A program made the translations under genes and the position numbers. This document shows, piece by piece, positions 36,274 through 44,410 of a stretch of 44,410 nt of DNA (position 1 is the first letter of the stretch; each line of letters begins with the position of its first letter). Origin of the DNA: a virus. Its lineage: Duplodnaviria > Caudoviricetes. The notes below the pieces were generated by a model. That model was not told where the DNA came from. It did no database searches and worked only from the letters and a program-made list of their open reading frames with translations. Location: positions 1 through 44,410 of IMG/VR virus record IMGVR_UViG_3300042923_000933; one strand, given 5' to 3'.

Positions 36274-37473
36274 ATGCTAGTTGATAGGGTGGAAAAACAT
36301 ATTATTAAATCCAATAATTTCTATTATAAAATGCTTGATGAATTTTGTTTTAAATCTAAAAATCTATATAATTATGCAAACTATATAGTAAGGCAAAATT
36401 TTATTAATAACAAGACATGGATTAGATATAATGAATTAGATAAATTAGCTAAAGGCGACGATTATTCTAATTTGCCAGCCAAATCATCACAACAGATACT
36501 TAAAGTATTAGATAGAAATTGGAAATCATTCTTTAAAACCATAAAAGATTGGAGCAAACACAAAGAAAAATATTACGGTAAACCCAAGTTACCTAAATAT
36601 TTAAATAAAGCCCAAGGAAGATTTGAATTAATTTTGACTAACCAGCAATGCAAAATTAAAGATGGATATATTAAATTTCCTAAAATATTTAATAAATTTA
36701 CTATAAAAACTAAAGTAGACAATATACAGCAAGTAAGAATATTGCCCAGAAACAAATGCTTGACAATTGAAGTTGTGTACAGGATCAATATACCACGCGT
36801 GAGGCAAGATAATAGCAAATACTTATCTATTGATATAGGCTTAAACAATTTAGCCGCCATAGTAAATAACTGTAGCATTAAACCCATTATTATATCTGGC
36901 AGAAAAATTAAATCTATCAATCAATATTATAACAAGAAAATGTCACACTATAGGAAAGTAGCTAAACGTATGAATAGCCTTATTTATACAAGCAGGATGA
37001 ACAAACTAACTATTAAAAGAAATAATATGATTACAGATTTGATACACAAAGCAAGTAAAAACATAGTTAAATATGCTTTAAGCTGTGAGACAAATACAAT
37101 AATCATAGGTAATAATAAGAACTGGAAACAGAATAGTAAAATGAACAAAAAAGTTAATCAAAGTTTTATAGGGGTACCACACCAACAATTCATACAAATG
37201 ATACAATATAAAGCTGCAGATGTAGGAATCAATGTAATTTTAACAGAAGAAAGCTATACAAGCGGGACAAGTTTTCTTGATAATGAATCACCTATAAAAG
37301 AAAACTACAATAAGTCAAGAAGGAAATATAGAGGACTATTTATAAGCAACAAAGGGATAAAAATAAATGCTGATATAAATGGAGCATATCAAATAATGAA
37401 AAAAGTATTTCCGAAAGTTTTTACTGACGGGATAGAGGGTGCCGGGTTGCATCCATTTAGAGTAAGCATTTAA
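36274..37473 (+). CDS. tnpB: TnpB-family nuclease without adjacent transposase
   Basis: SKNLYNYANY, SIDIGLNN, IIIGNN..W, TEESYTS, RGLF, INADINGA. Zinc-finger cysteines absent. Confidence 0.9.
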   Translation: MLVDRVEKHIIKSNNFYYKMLDEFCFKSKNLYNYANYIVRQNFINNKTWIRYNELDKLAKGDDYSNLPAKSSQQILKVLDRNWKSFFKTIKDWSKHKEKYYGKPKLPKYLNKAQGRFELILTNQQCKIKDGYIKFPKIFNKFTIKTKVDNIQQVRILPRNKCLTIEVVYRINIPRVRQDNSKYLSIDIGLNNLAAIVNNCSIKPIIISGRKIKSINQYYNKKMSHYRKVAKRMNSLIYTSRMNKLTIKRNNMITDLIHKASKNIVKYALSCETNTIIIGNNKNWKQNSKMNKKVNQSFIGVPHQQFIQMIQYKAADVGINVILTEESYTSGTSFLDNESPIKENYNKSRRKYRGLFISNKGIKINADINGAYQIMKKVFPKVFTDGIEGAGLHPFRVSI

Positions 37474-37663
37474 TAAATGCCGACTAATAAATGTATATTT
37501 TAAAATACATACCTTAGTGTAATAAAAAGGTAATATCTATGGTTATTAAAACAAAGAAAAAGATTAAATTTGGTAATCAGGTAAGTATATGGGATAGAAA
37601 GGCAATTCAACTAGAAATGGGCTTGGATAAACTGATTGAAAATTCAAACAAAGGAGTGAGTAA

Positions 37664-38095
37664 ATGGACAAATACTGTGAAGAATGCTTAAAAAAGGGGA
37701 TATATACTCATGGAGAGTTACATCATGTTGTATTTAAAAGCCAATCGTTGCTACTAAAAAATATAAACTTAAACTTCAAGTATCTGTGCCCTAATCATCA
37801 CAAATATGGAAACGGACCACATAAAAATAGATATGTAGATTTAACTTATAAATTAGAAGTTCAGGACAAGTTATTCCAGTTATTTAGCAAAGAATTTTAT
37901 ACAGAAAAAGAGATACAACATAATCTTAAAACTACACCTACTACAGCTAGGAAGATATGTAGGAAATTAAGAATATATAAAGATGGATATAACAATAGAG
38001 AGCTTGTACAAAGGCTTATGGGAAATAGGCTATATACCAGGGAACAGTTAAAAGAAGTTGAGTATGAAAATCCATGGAAAGGGGTATTGAAATGA
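37664..38095 (+). CDS. HNH-family nuclease
   Basis: CEEC..ELHHVVF..N...LCPNHH..GPH. Confidence 0.75.
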   Translation: MDKYCEECLKKGIYTHGELHHVVFKSQSLLLKNINLNFKYLCPNHHKYGNGPHKNRYVDLTYKLEVQDKLFQLFSKEFYTEKEIQHNLKTTPTTARKICRKLRIYKDGYNNRELVQRLMGNRLYTREQLKEVEYENPWKGVLK

Positions 38096-38517
38096 AAACA
38101 TATAGGACTATAGATTTACTTAATGCAGTATATAACGGAAAGATATTTGAAAATGATTTTAAAAATATTAAAACTGGAGAAGTGATTCATCAAGGGGAAA
38201 ATGCCGATAATTATGGCGACATAGATCAATCAAAAGTCTTTTTTAAACAAACAGGTGGCAATTTTGTATCAGGCAAAGTGGGGACATCCCAAGATTTCAC
38301 ACATTTTCTTGAAGAAGAATGGGAAGAAGTACAAGAACCAGTAAGTTTTATGGAAGCTATAAAAATAGGAAGCAATGGTTATAAAAAAATTAGGTACGAA
38401 AATTGGAATGATTATGTGTATGTAGGCGAAGTACTGGAACGTCTGTCAAGAAAATATCCTAAAACAGCATATGAAATGATGCAGGGTAAATGGTATATAA
38501 AGGAGGATGAAGAATAA
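38092..38517 (+). CDS. Hypothetical protein
   Basis: PVSFMEA..W motif shared with the next gene. Confidence 0.7.
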   Translation: MKTYRTIDLLNAVYNGKIFENDFKNIKTGEVIHQGENADNYGDIDQSKVFFKQTGGNFVSGKVGTSQDFTHFLEEEWEEVQEPVSFMEAIKIGSNGYKKIRYENWNDYVYVGEVLERLSRKYPKTAYEMMQGKWYIKEDEE

Positions 38518-39068
38518 TGAAAAAATATACTTTACTAGAAGCTTTAAATATGCTCAAACAAGACCATGATTTAGTATTTAAAATAGTTCAAGAAGAAGCC
38601 CTTTGCAATCAGATGATTTCATCAAATGTAATTGGAAATGTGATGGTGAGTTGCCAAGGATGTCAAGGACGAACCAATTGTCCATTGCAATTTAAAGATA
38701 TGTGGACTTTAAAGCAAAAGCCAGTAAGCTTTATAGAAGCATTAAATAAAGCACTAGAAGGTAATAAAAAGTTAAAGAACGTAGCATGGGTAGATAAACC
38801 TGTAACATTAGAACATGTCTTTAATCTGTTTGCACAAAAATGTGAAAGTGGCGAGAAAGGGCGACGATGTGTAAAAAGTTGGATTATAGGAGAATGGATC
38901 GTAGAAGAGAATGAAGAAGAAACTACATCTACAGATAAAACAAAATTTATAGAAATAAATTATAAGGATTTAAGAGATAAAGAGAGACATACAAAATATT
39001 TTTCTACGCAAGGAGAATACGAAGAATGGCATGAGGAAAATTGGAATGACGTTGTAATCAATGGTTAG
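38517..39068 (+). CDS. Hypothetical protein, paralogue of the preceding gene
   Basis: PVSFIEA..G.W motif. Confidence 0.7.
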   Translation: MKKYTLLEALNMLKQDHDLVFKIVQEEALCNQMISSNVIGNVMVSCQGCQGRTNCPLQFKDMWTLKQKPVSFIEALNKALEGNKKLKNVAWVDKPVTLEHVFNLFAQKCESGEKGRRCVKSWIIGEWIVEENEEETTSTDKTKFIEINYKDLRDKERHTKYFSTQGEYEEWHEENWNDVVING

Positions 39069-39202
39069 GAGTGCGAAATTGAATGAAAGAAATATATATA
39101 GTATCTAAGGAAGAACGGAAGAAAATGGCAAAAGTAGAAATGGTGGCTGGAATAGCAGCATTAGTATTTATCGGAATATTCAGTCTTATATGGAGGTAGA
39201 AA

Positions 39203-39514
39203 ATGGTTAAAAGAAACGTAGATGATTTTAAGGAAAGAGAAGATGACGAAATAGCAAAGGGAGTTGATAAAATAATGAATATTATAGACAATAAAGAAAC
39301 TGTTAACACAAAGGTATCTAAGACAGTATGCGGACCTAAAACCAAGAAACCCAGGCTTAAGATAGCAAGAGTAGAAGGACAAGTATTAAGCTATGGGATA
39401 GATGAAGATGTTGTTACTATGTATTCTGCAGAAGGTGAACATTTAAACGTAAATAAAAATGCTATAGATGATGTTGTGGAAGAACTAAAAGAGCTAAAAG
39501 AAGTGGTTAAATGA
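39203..39514 (+). CDS. Hypothetical protein
   Basis: GGAGGT RBS. Confidence 0.65.
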   Translation: MVKRNVDDFKEREDDEIAKGVDKIMNIIDNKETVNTKVSKTVCGPKTKKPRLKIARVEGQVLSYGIDEDVVTMYSAEGEHLNVNKNAIDDVVEELKELKEVVK

Positions 39515-39921
39515 TAGAATTGAAAATCCCGGGTCCGCCTGTTGGGAAGCAACGCCCACGGGTGACAAGGCATGGGACATATACACCACAAAAGACGGCA
39601 GATTATGAAAAGCTGGTAAAGGATATATATAAGATAAACAAGTTTCCAAAGCTAGAAGGGTACATTAGTATGTCTGTAAAGGCATACTACCCTATACCTA
39701 AATCTACAAGTAAAAAGAGAAAAGAAATGATGCTGAAAGGCATATTACTTCCAGACAAGAAGCCAGATTGCGATAATATACTCAAGTGTATTGCAGATTC
39801 GTTAAACACTATAGCCTATGATGATGATAAACAGATAGTTCATATGGATATAGAAAAATATTACAGTAAAGAACCTCATGTTTTAATAAGATTAGAAAAA
39901 GCTCATGGAGAAGGTGAGTAA
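39511..39921 (+). CDS. rusA: RusA-like Holliday junction resolvase
   Basis: PVGKQRPR, YTP.KT..YE, KKPDCDNILK...DSLN..Y.DDKQIV. Confidence 0.92.
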   Translation: MIELKIPGPPVGKQRPRVTRHGTYTPQKTADYEKLVKDIYKINKFPKLEGYISMSVKAYYPIPKSTSKKRKEMMLKGILLPDKKPDCDNILKCIADSLNTIAYDDDKQIVHMDIEKYYSKEPHVLIRLEKAHGEGE

Positions 39922-40275
39922 ATGGCTATAAAACCAATAGAAATGCAAGAAGTTACATCTGCTATATGGAATACTGCACAGAGGCTTGAGCATGGTGTAG
40001 ATACTATAGCAAAGAAAGCTAAAGAATACGCTATGGCAGAAAAAGAATACAGAATTGCACTTAGAAAAGAAATAGTCAAGCTTAGAACAGAGAAAATGCC
40101 AGTGACACTCATAAATGATGTTGCTAGAGGGAGCGAAGATGTAGTTGAATTGAAATTTAATCGTGATTTGGCCCTTGAAACATATAAAGCATCAAGGGAT
40201 ATGCTTAGTGCTTTAGGAACAGAAGTAAGTTCTCTACAGAGCATATTAAAAGTACAAACTAATATAGAAAGGTAG
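39922..40275 (+). CDS. Hypothetical coiled-coil phage protein
   Basis: AE..YR.AL, PVTLI.DVARG. Confidence 0.7.
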   Translation: MAIKPIEMQEVTSAIWNTAQRLEHGVDTIAKKAKEYAMAEKEYRIALRKEIVKLRTEKMPVTLINDVARGSEDVVELKFNRDLALETYKASRDMLSALGTEVSSLQSILKVQTNIER

Positions 40276-40283
40276 TATATATC

Positions 40284-40574
40284 ATGGATATTGGGAAACA
40301 TCTAAAAGAATTTAGGCAAGAAAAAGGAGTTTCAAGAGAAAGCTTATCGTCTATACTAGGTATATCAATTCATGCACTAGCTAAATATGAACAAAACCAA
40401 CGAGAACCAAATATAGAAACCTTAAATAAAATAGCTAAAGCTCTTGACACTACTCTAGATAAATTACTACATTTAGGCACCAATAACATAGATTTGTCTC
40501 AATTATCTACCTCAAAACTTATAGAAGAACTTAATAGTAGAGAAGATTTTCCTATAAAGATAGCAATGAAGTAG
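40284..40574 (+). CDS. XRE-family HTH regulator
   Basis: IG..LK..R..KG.S..L...LGIS..YE...REP....L.KIA.AL. Confidence 0.85.
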   Translation: MDIGKHLKEFRQEKGVSRESLSSILGISIHALAKYEQNQREPNIETLNKIAKALDTTLDKLLHLGTNNIDLSQLSTSKLIEELNSREDFPIKIAMK

Positions 40575-40585
40575 GCTGTTTCTGT

Positions 40586-40708
40586 GATAAAAGAATAATT
40601 AATGATAGGAAAGCTTTTAAAATAGTAGAGTGTAATTATGTTATAGATGCAAATAGACCTGTAGAAGAAGTATTTAAAGACATTAAAGATATAATCAAAA
40701 AGTGTTAG
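40586..40708 (+). pseudogene. C-terminal remnant resembling a nucleoside-monophosphate kinase
   Basis: Frame with no start codon: DKRIINDRKAFKIVECNYVIDANRPVEEVFKDIKDIIKKC. Confidence 0.45.
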
Positions 40709-40783
40709 ATATGTTAAAATAATAGTAGTTGGAATATTGGCAATATTACCTCTATTCCTCTGCTAAATGAAAGGGAGGATATT

Positions 40784-41305
40784 ATGGATAAAGGGTTAAA
40801 AGAAATAGAAGAAAAGTTATGCAACTATTTTAATCGGTCAAAGAGGTTACACGCCTTGAATAAAAGATTAAAGTTACTGAAAGACCAAATATCTGAAATA
40901 AATTACAAGTTAGAACATATAGATTATAACCTCCCAGATGAATCTATAGCCGCCGGATACGAAGAAAGGGTACAGACAAGTCCTACAGGCTACAGCTTTG
41001 CAGAAAGAACACTATATAATATAACAGATAGATTACTTAAAAATAAAGGCTTAAAAGAACAACAAATAGCAGATATAGAAGATAGGATTATGCAAATAGA
41101 AGAAGATAATTCTATTATAGAGGACAATATAGAAAGTCTAGATGAAGAATATATCCAATTTTTAAAGATAAAATACAAATCCAAGAAAAAAGATTGGCAG
41201 GTGGCACAAGAGTTAAATATGTCACAACCTAATGCTACTAGAACAAAAAATAAATTAATTGCCAATATAGATAATTGGTTTAGATTTGTGAAATGCGTGC
41301 ATTAA
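40784..41305 (+). CDS. Late transcriptional activator (RinA/ArpU-like)
   Basis: Coiled-coil, ERVQTS, C-terminal sigma-4-like HTH (W.VA.ELNMS); last early gene. Confidence 0.8.
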   Translation: MDKGLKEIEEKLCNYFNRSKRLHALNKRLKLLKDQISEINYKLEHIDYNLPDESIAAGYEERVQTSPTGYSFAERTLYNITDRLLKNKGLKEQQIADIEDRIMQIEEDNSIIEDNIESLDEEYIQFLKIKYKSKKKDWQVAQELNMSQPNATRTKNKLIANIDNWFRFVKCVH

Positions 41306-41351
41306 ACTTGCATTAAAGTTGCATTAAAACATTGTAAAAATAGGATATAAT
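41297..41351 (+). promoter_or_regulatory. Late promoter: three 11-bp-spaced direct repeats plus -10 box
   Basis: GTGCATTAAAC TTGCATTAAAG TTGCATTAAAA, then TATAAT at 41346. Confidence 0.7.
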
Positions 41352-41689
41352 AATATTGTGAGATAATTAAAAACGAGCTAACAACCAGCAGGGATTACTG
41401 GTAACTGCTTGTACAATTACACATTTGTAAAATCTTCCTATAAATATTAACTGACGTGCTATTGGTCGGTGATGCACTTTAAATATAATCTGACCGCAAG
41501 TGTTATTCTAACACACAGCCGGTGTTGTTTATACTAGTCAAAACAATATTCATCTAGTGACCGAACTACACATAAGAAGATGGCAAGGCTAGTTCGGAAT
41601 ACATAGTAACGATGTGCAATAAATAATAAATTTTAGGATATATTCATAGAAATATAATAGGTTCGAAGCCTTTCATATCGTTACAATAT

Positions 41690-41765
41690 GGGAATATAGT
41701 TCAGTTGGTAGAGCAATCGGCTGTTAACCGATTTGTCGTAGGTTCGAGTCCTATTGTTCCCGCCA
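41690..41765 (+). tRNA. tRNA-Asn(GUU)
   Basis: 76 nt. Acceptor GGGAATA/TGTTCCC; D-loop AGTTGGTA; anticodon arm ATCGG-CTGTTAA-CCGAT; T-loop TTCGAGT; discriminator G; encoded CCA. Confidence 0.97.
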
Positions 41766-41806
41766 TACACCGAAAGGTGTAAATAATTTAACACTATATA
41801 TTGCGT

Positions 41807-41837
41807 GAGGCATCTAGGAAACTAGGTGTCTTTTTTA
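41807..41837 (+). terminator. Intrinsic terminator
   Basis: GAGGCATCTAG-GAAA-CTAGGTGTCTT plus T-run. Confidence 0.8.
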
Positions 41838-41908
41838 TGCAATAAGAGGCTATGGAACGTCGCGATGACGTGCTATCCTCCTAAATTAAAACTTAGGAGG
41901 TATTTAAA

Positions 41909-42265
41909 ATGGCGAGGCCATGCAAATGTATATATACAGGAAAAGATATACAAAATATAGAAGAAGTATTAGAGCTTATGGAACTAAATAAAGATACATA
42001 TGAAGAAAAAAAGGTTACCAACATTGTTACATTAAAAGAAGACACTAATTACATAACAAACATAAGATATTATGATAAAAATGTTACTGTAATGCGTAAA
42101 GACAGGGACATTTTTCTTGAAATAATGCTACAGTTAGGTTTTATATCTAACTTGGAGTATGCAATGGAAATAAGAGATAGCAGATACGTATATGAATTAT
42201 GGATTAATGGAGAATGTATAAAACCAGGGACAATTTTTAAATCATGTAAAATACCAAGGAAGTGA
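41909..42265 (+). CDS. Hypothetical protein
   Basis: AGGAGG RBS; 118 aa. Confidence 0.7.
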   Translation: MARPCKCIYTGKDIQNIEEVLELMELNKDTYEEKKVTNIVTLKEDTNYITNIRYYDKNVTVMRKDRDIFLEIMLQLGFISNLEYAMEIRDSRYVYELWINGECIKPGTIFKSCKIPRK

Positions 42266-42269
42266 GAAC

Positions 42270-42470
42270 ATGGAGATAAGATGTAAGTACTGTGGAAAAA
42301 TGTTGGCCAAGGTAGAAGGCAAAGCAGATATAGAAATACAATGCTCTAGATGTAAGAAAATAGATAAGTATAGTGTAAAAGCTAATGATATAGATAGTAA
42401 AGAAGCAGAGGAACTTATGAAAGCTAGAAGTTATAAAAGAGTTAGGGGAGCAATAAGAGAAACGAGGTAA
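42270..42470 (+). CDS. Com-family (Mu Com-like) zinc-finger regulator
   Basis: EIRCKYCGKMLAK..IEIQCSRCK. Confidence 0.75.
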   Translation: MEIRCKYCGKMLAKVEGKADIEIQCSRCKKIDKYSVKANDIDSKEAEELMKARSYKRVRGAIRETR

Positions 42471-42476
42471 TAATAT

Positions 42477-42713
42477 ATGAGAGGTATATTTAAGTTTATC
42501 TTAGATAACATTCAAGATGTCTTAGCGTTAGGATTTAGCAGTAACTTATTATGCATTACTTTGATTTATACCTTATTAACGGAAAGTAGATGGAAGAGAT
42601 TCTTACTTATATTTGCGACAGGTGCTATAATTTATTTTCTTATATTATACACAATGACTATAGTAATAAACTATAAAAATGCATTAGGAGAGTGGAAAAA
42701 TGGAAGAAGATAG
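42477..42713 (+). CDS. Small two-TM membrane protein
   Basis: Two hydrophobic segments; GAGGT RBS. Confidence 0.65.
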   Translation: MRGIFKFILDNIQDVLALGFSSNLLCITLIYTLLTESRWKRFLLIFATGAIIYFLILYTMTIVINYKNALGEWKNGRR

Positions 42714-42790
42714 TTTATCTTTTAAAAATCCAACATTAAAAACGGAGAAAAGGTATCAAGCAAAGAGAACAATAAAATATTAGAGCACCT

Positions 42791-42841
42791 AGAGAGCCAT
42801 GTATTACAGATTAAATTCTGTAGTATGTGGCTCTCTTTTTT
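42791..42841 (+). terminator. Long-stem intrinsic terminator
   Basis: 20-bp stem 42791-42810 / 42817-42836 (3 G-U pairs) plus T-run. Confidence 0.8.
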
Positions 42842-42863
42842 ATTTTATAGGGAGGTTAATCGT

Positions 42864-43154
42864 ATGAAAAAATATTATATATGTGGAAGTGCAAGAGTAG
42901 GATTTAGAATACCTGTTTTTGTGGAAGATGACAGAGAATTGTCTGACCCACAAAAAGTTAAATATTTAATAAATAATAAATTACAAAATCTTGAAGGAGA
43001 TACATGCATGGCACGAGAGTTAGCACATAAAGGAATTAATGTGGAGTCGGGGATTAAACTACAGAATGGTAGTACAGAATACTTCGATAGATTAACAGAT
43101 AAAGCATATGCCACAGATGAAAACGGTGATATTAGATTGGAAAAGGGGTTTTAA
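42864..43154 (+). CDS. Hypothetical protein
   Basis: GGAGGT RBS before ATG 42864. Confidence 0.65.
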   Translation: MKKYYICGSARVGFRIPVFVEDDRELSDPQKVKYLINNKLQNLEGDTCMARELAHKGINVESGIKLQNGSTEYFDRLTDKAYATDENGDIRLEKGF

Positions 43155-43374
43155 TATGGCTAAGCACATAAAATATGACATTGATAAAATAGCAAAGGCT
43201 ATATTTAATCCGGACGGACATACATACAATAGAAAAAACTTTAATGAACTAATAAATTAACTACAGCAATTAATGTGTGACTTGGGTGACATATGTGAAC
43301 AAACAGATAGAGAAGAAACATTTTGGATTATATATACGTTTCTTGACGAATAGAAGCCAAGGGAGGAATGAACA

Positions 43375-43818
43375 ATGAGATATAGAAATAAAAGAAATGG
43401 GAGAGTATGTGAAGCACTAGTAATTACAAATAAAACCATAGGAGATGACATATTACATTTTGCATATCCTAAAATAAAGACAGTGGCATGTGATTATGGT
43501 AATACATTTATTATTAAGCTTAATAATATAAGTGAATATCTTAGTACTGGAGATGTGCTCATAAAGTATAGGACTAATATAGACGTACTTTATAAAGAAG
43601 AATTTGAGGAGAACTTTGAAGAGATACGACCTACATTTATACCGTTTAAAGGTGGAGAAAAAGTATATACCAATAAGGAAACCCAAAAGAAATTAGATGA
43701 TAGAATCTCACTAGATTTAACTTTCAGTGGAGATTTTGATAGTGTAGAATTTACTGATGAAATGAGAGACTTTGCTATAAGGAAAATAACTAAAGCCATA
43801 AGAGAGCAAGGCAGATGA
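43375..43818 (+). CDS. Hypothetical protein
   Basis: GGAGG RBS; GDVLIK..F...FE motif. Confidence 0.7.
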   Translation: MRYRNKRNGRVCEALVITNKTIGDDILHFAYPKIKTVACDYGNTFIIKLNNISEYLSTGDVLIKYRTNIDVLYKEEFEENFEEIRPTFIPFKGGEKVYTNKETQKKLDDRISLDLTFSGDFDSVEFTDEMRDFAIRKITKAIREQGR

Positions 43819-43824
43819 TTATAT

Positions 43825-44265
43825 ATGGCACTAAAGAAGCTGTGCCCTAAGTGTGGAAAGCTAATAGATGCAGGACAAAGATATTGTAATGAATGTACTA
43901 AGAAGTATGAAGCAAGACAGAAGGAAAGATATAAACAATATGACAATAAGAGAAAGAGTAATAAGAATTGGAGATTCTATTCTACTAATGAGTGGAGAAA
44001 GGTAAGAGGATATATAAACGTAAAGTATAAAGGGCTATGCCTATGGTCTTACTATATAGAACATAAGATAGTACAGGCTGATGCGGTACACCACATAGTA
44101 CCAATAGAAGATGACTATAGTAAGAGACTAGAGATAGATAACCTTATACCACTAACTGATATGAACCATAAGTATATACATGAACTATATAAGAAAGATA
44201 AAGCAAAAGCACAAGAACGATTAAAATTTATATTGAATGAATGGAACAAACAGTTTGCAAGTTAG
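43825..44265 (+). CDS. Packaging-associated HNH endonuclease (gp74-like)
   Basis: CPKCG..YC..C, FYST.EWRK.R, VHHIVP..L.IDNLI.L...H..IH; terminal position. Confidence 0.88.
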   Translation: MALKKLCPKCGKLIDAGQRYCNECTKKYEARQKERYKQYDNKRKSNKNWRFYSTNEWRKVRGYINVKYKGLCLWSYYIEHKIVQADAVHHIVPIEDDYSKRLEIDNLIPLTDMNHKYIHELYKKDKAKAQERLKFILNEWNKQFAS

Positions 44266-44410
44266 TATATACAATTATGCAATATTCATACACATAACGG
44301 AAAGCAAAGCAGAAAAAAGGCTTATTACAAAAGTATAAGCAAAAGACATATACTCCTAAAACGTTGATACCAGGGGGATATGATAAAGTTTCAGCTCGTT
44401 GCGTAGCACC

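Noticed and set aside
41606-41685. Second functional tRNA
   Set aside because: Has acceptor-like and T-arm-like stems but no D-arm GG, no regular anticodon arm and no CCA; reported only as a relic.
1349-43946. Numerous antisense ORFs in the track (e.g. 10043..10582, 13495..13998, 26823..27296, 39903..40301, 43590..43946)
   Set aside because: They are shadows of well-supported genes on the opposite strand, with no RBS or recognisable motifs.

Overview
AT-rich Clostridium-type temperate phage genome segment. Gene order: end of the tail/baseplate module (contractile-tail, Xkd-like), lysis, a central accessory and maintenance region, immunity switch, early/replication genes, late activator, tRNA and a terminal HNH gene. 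No integrase is visible where one would normally sit. Instead there is a ParM/ParR partition locus and a separate Rep gene with two DnaA boxes and an apparent antisense copy-control RNA, so this is probably a phage-plasmid. Notable content: (1) a group I intron with a homing endonuclease inside the tape-measure gene; (2) a complete diversity-generating retroelement (avd-TR-RT-target) whose VR lies about 99 codons before the target C-terminus, and which appears to split an ancestral tail protein; (3) an intact IS605-type tnpA/tnpB element and a second, transposase-less tnpB with a divergent RHH gene; (4) an FtsK plus replication-relaxation operon behind a sigma-K-like promoter; (5) a candidate new induction switch, in which a LexA-box promoter drives an unannotated 24-aa peptide that converges on a peptidase-less repressor, with a 37-aa paralogue immediately after cro. 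All family assignments come from recognising motifs by eye; no searches were run.
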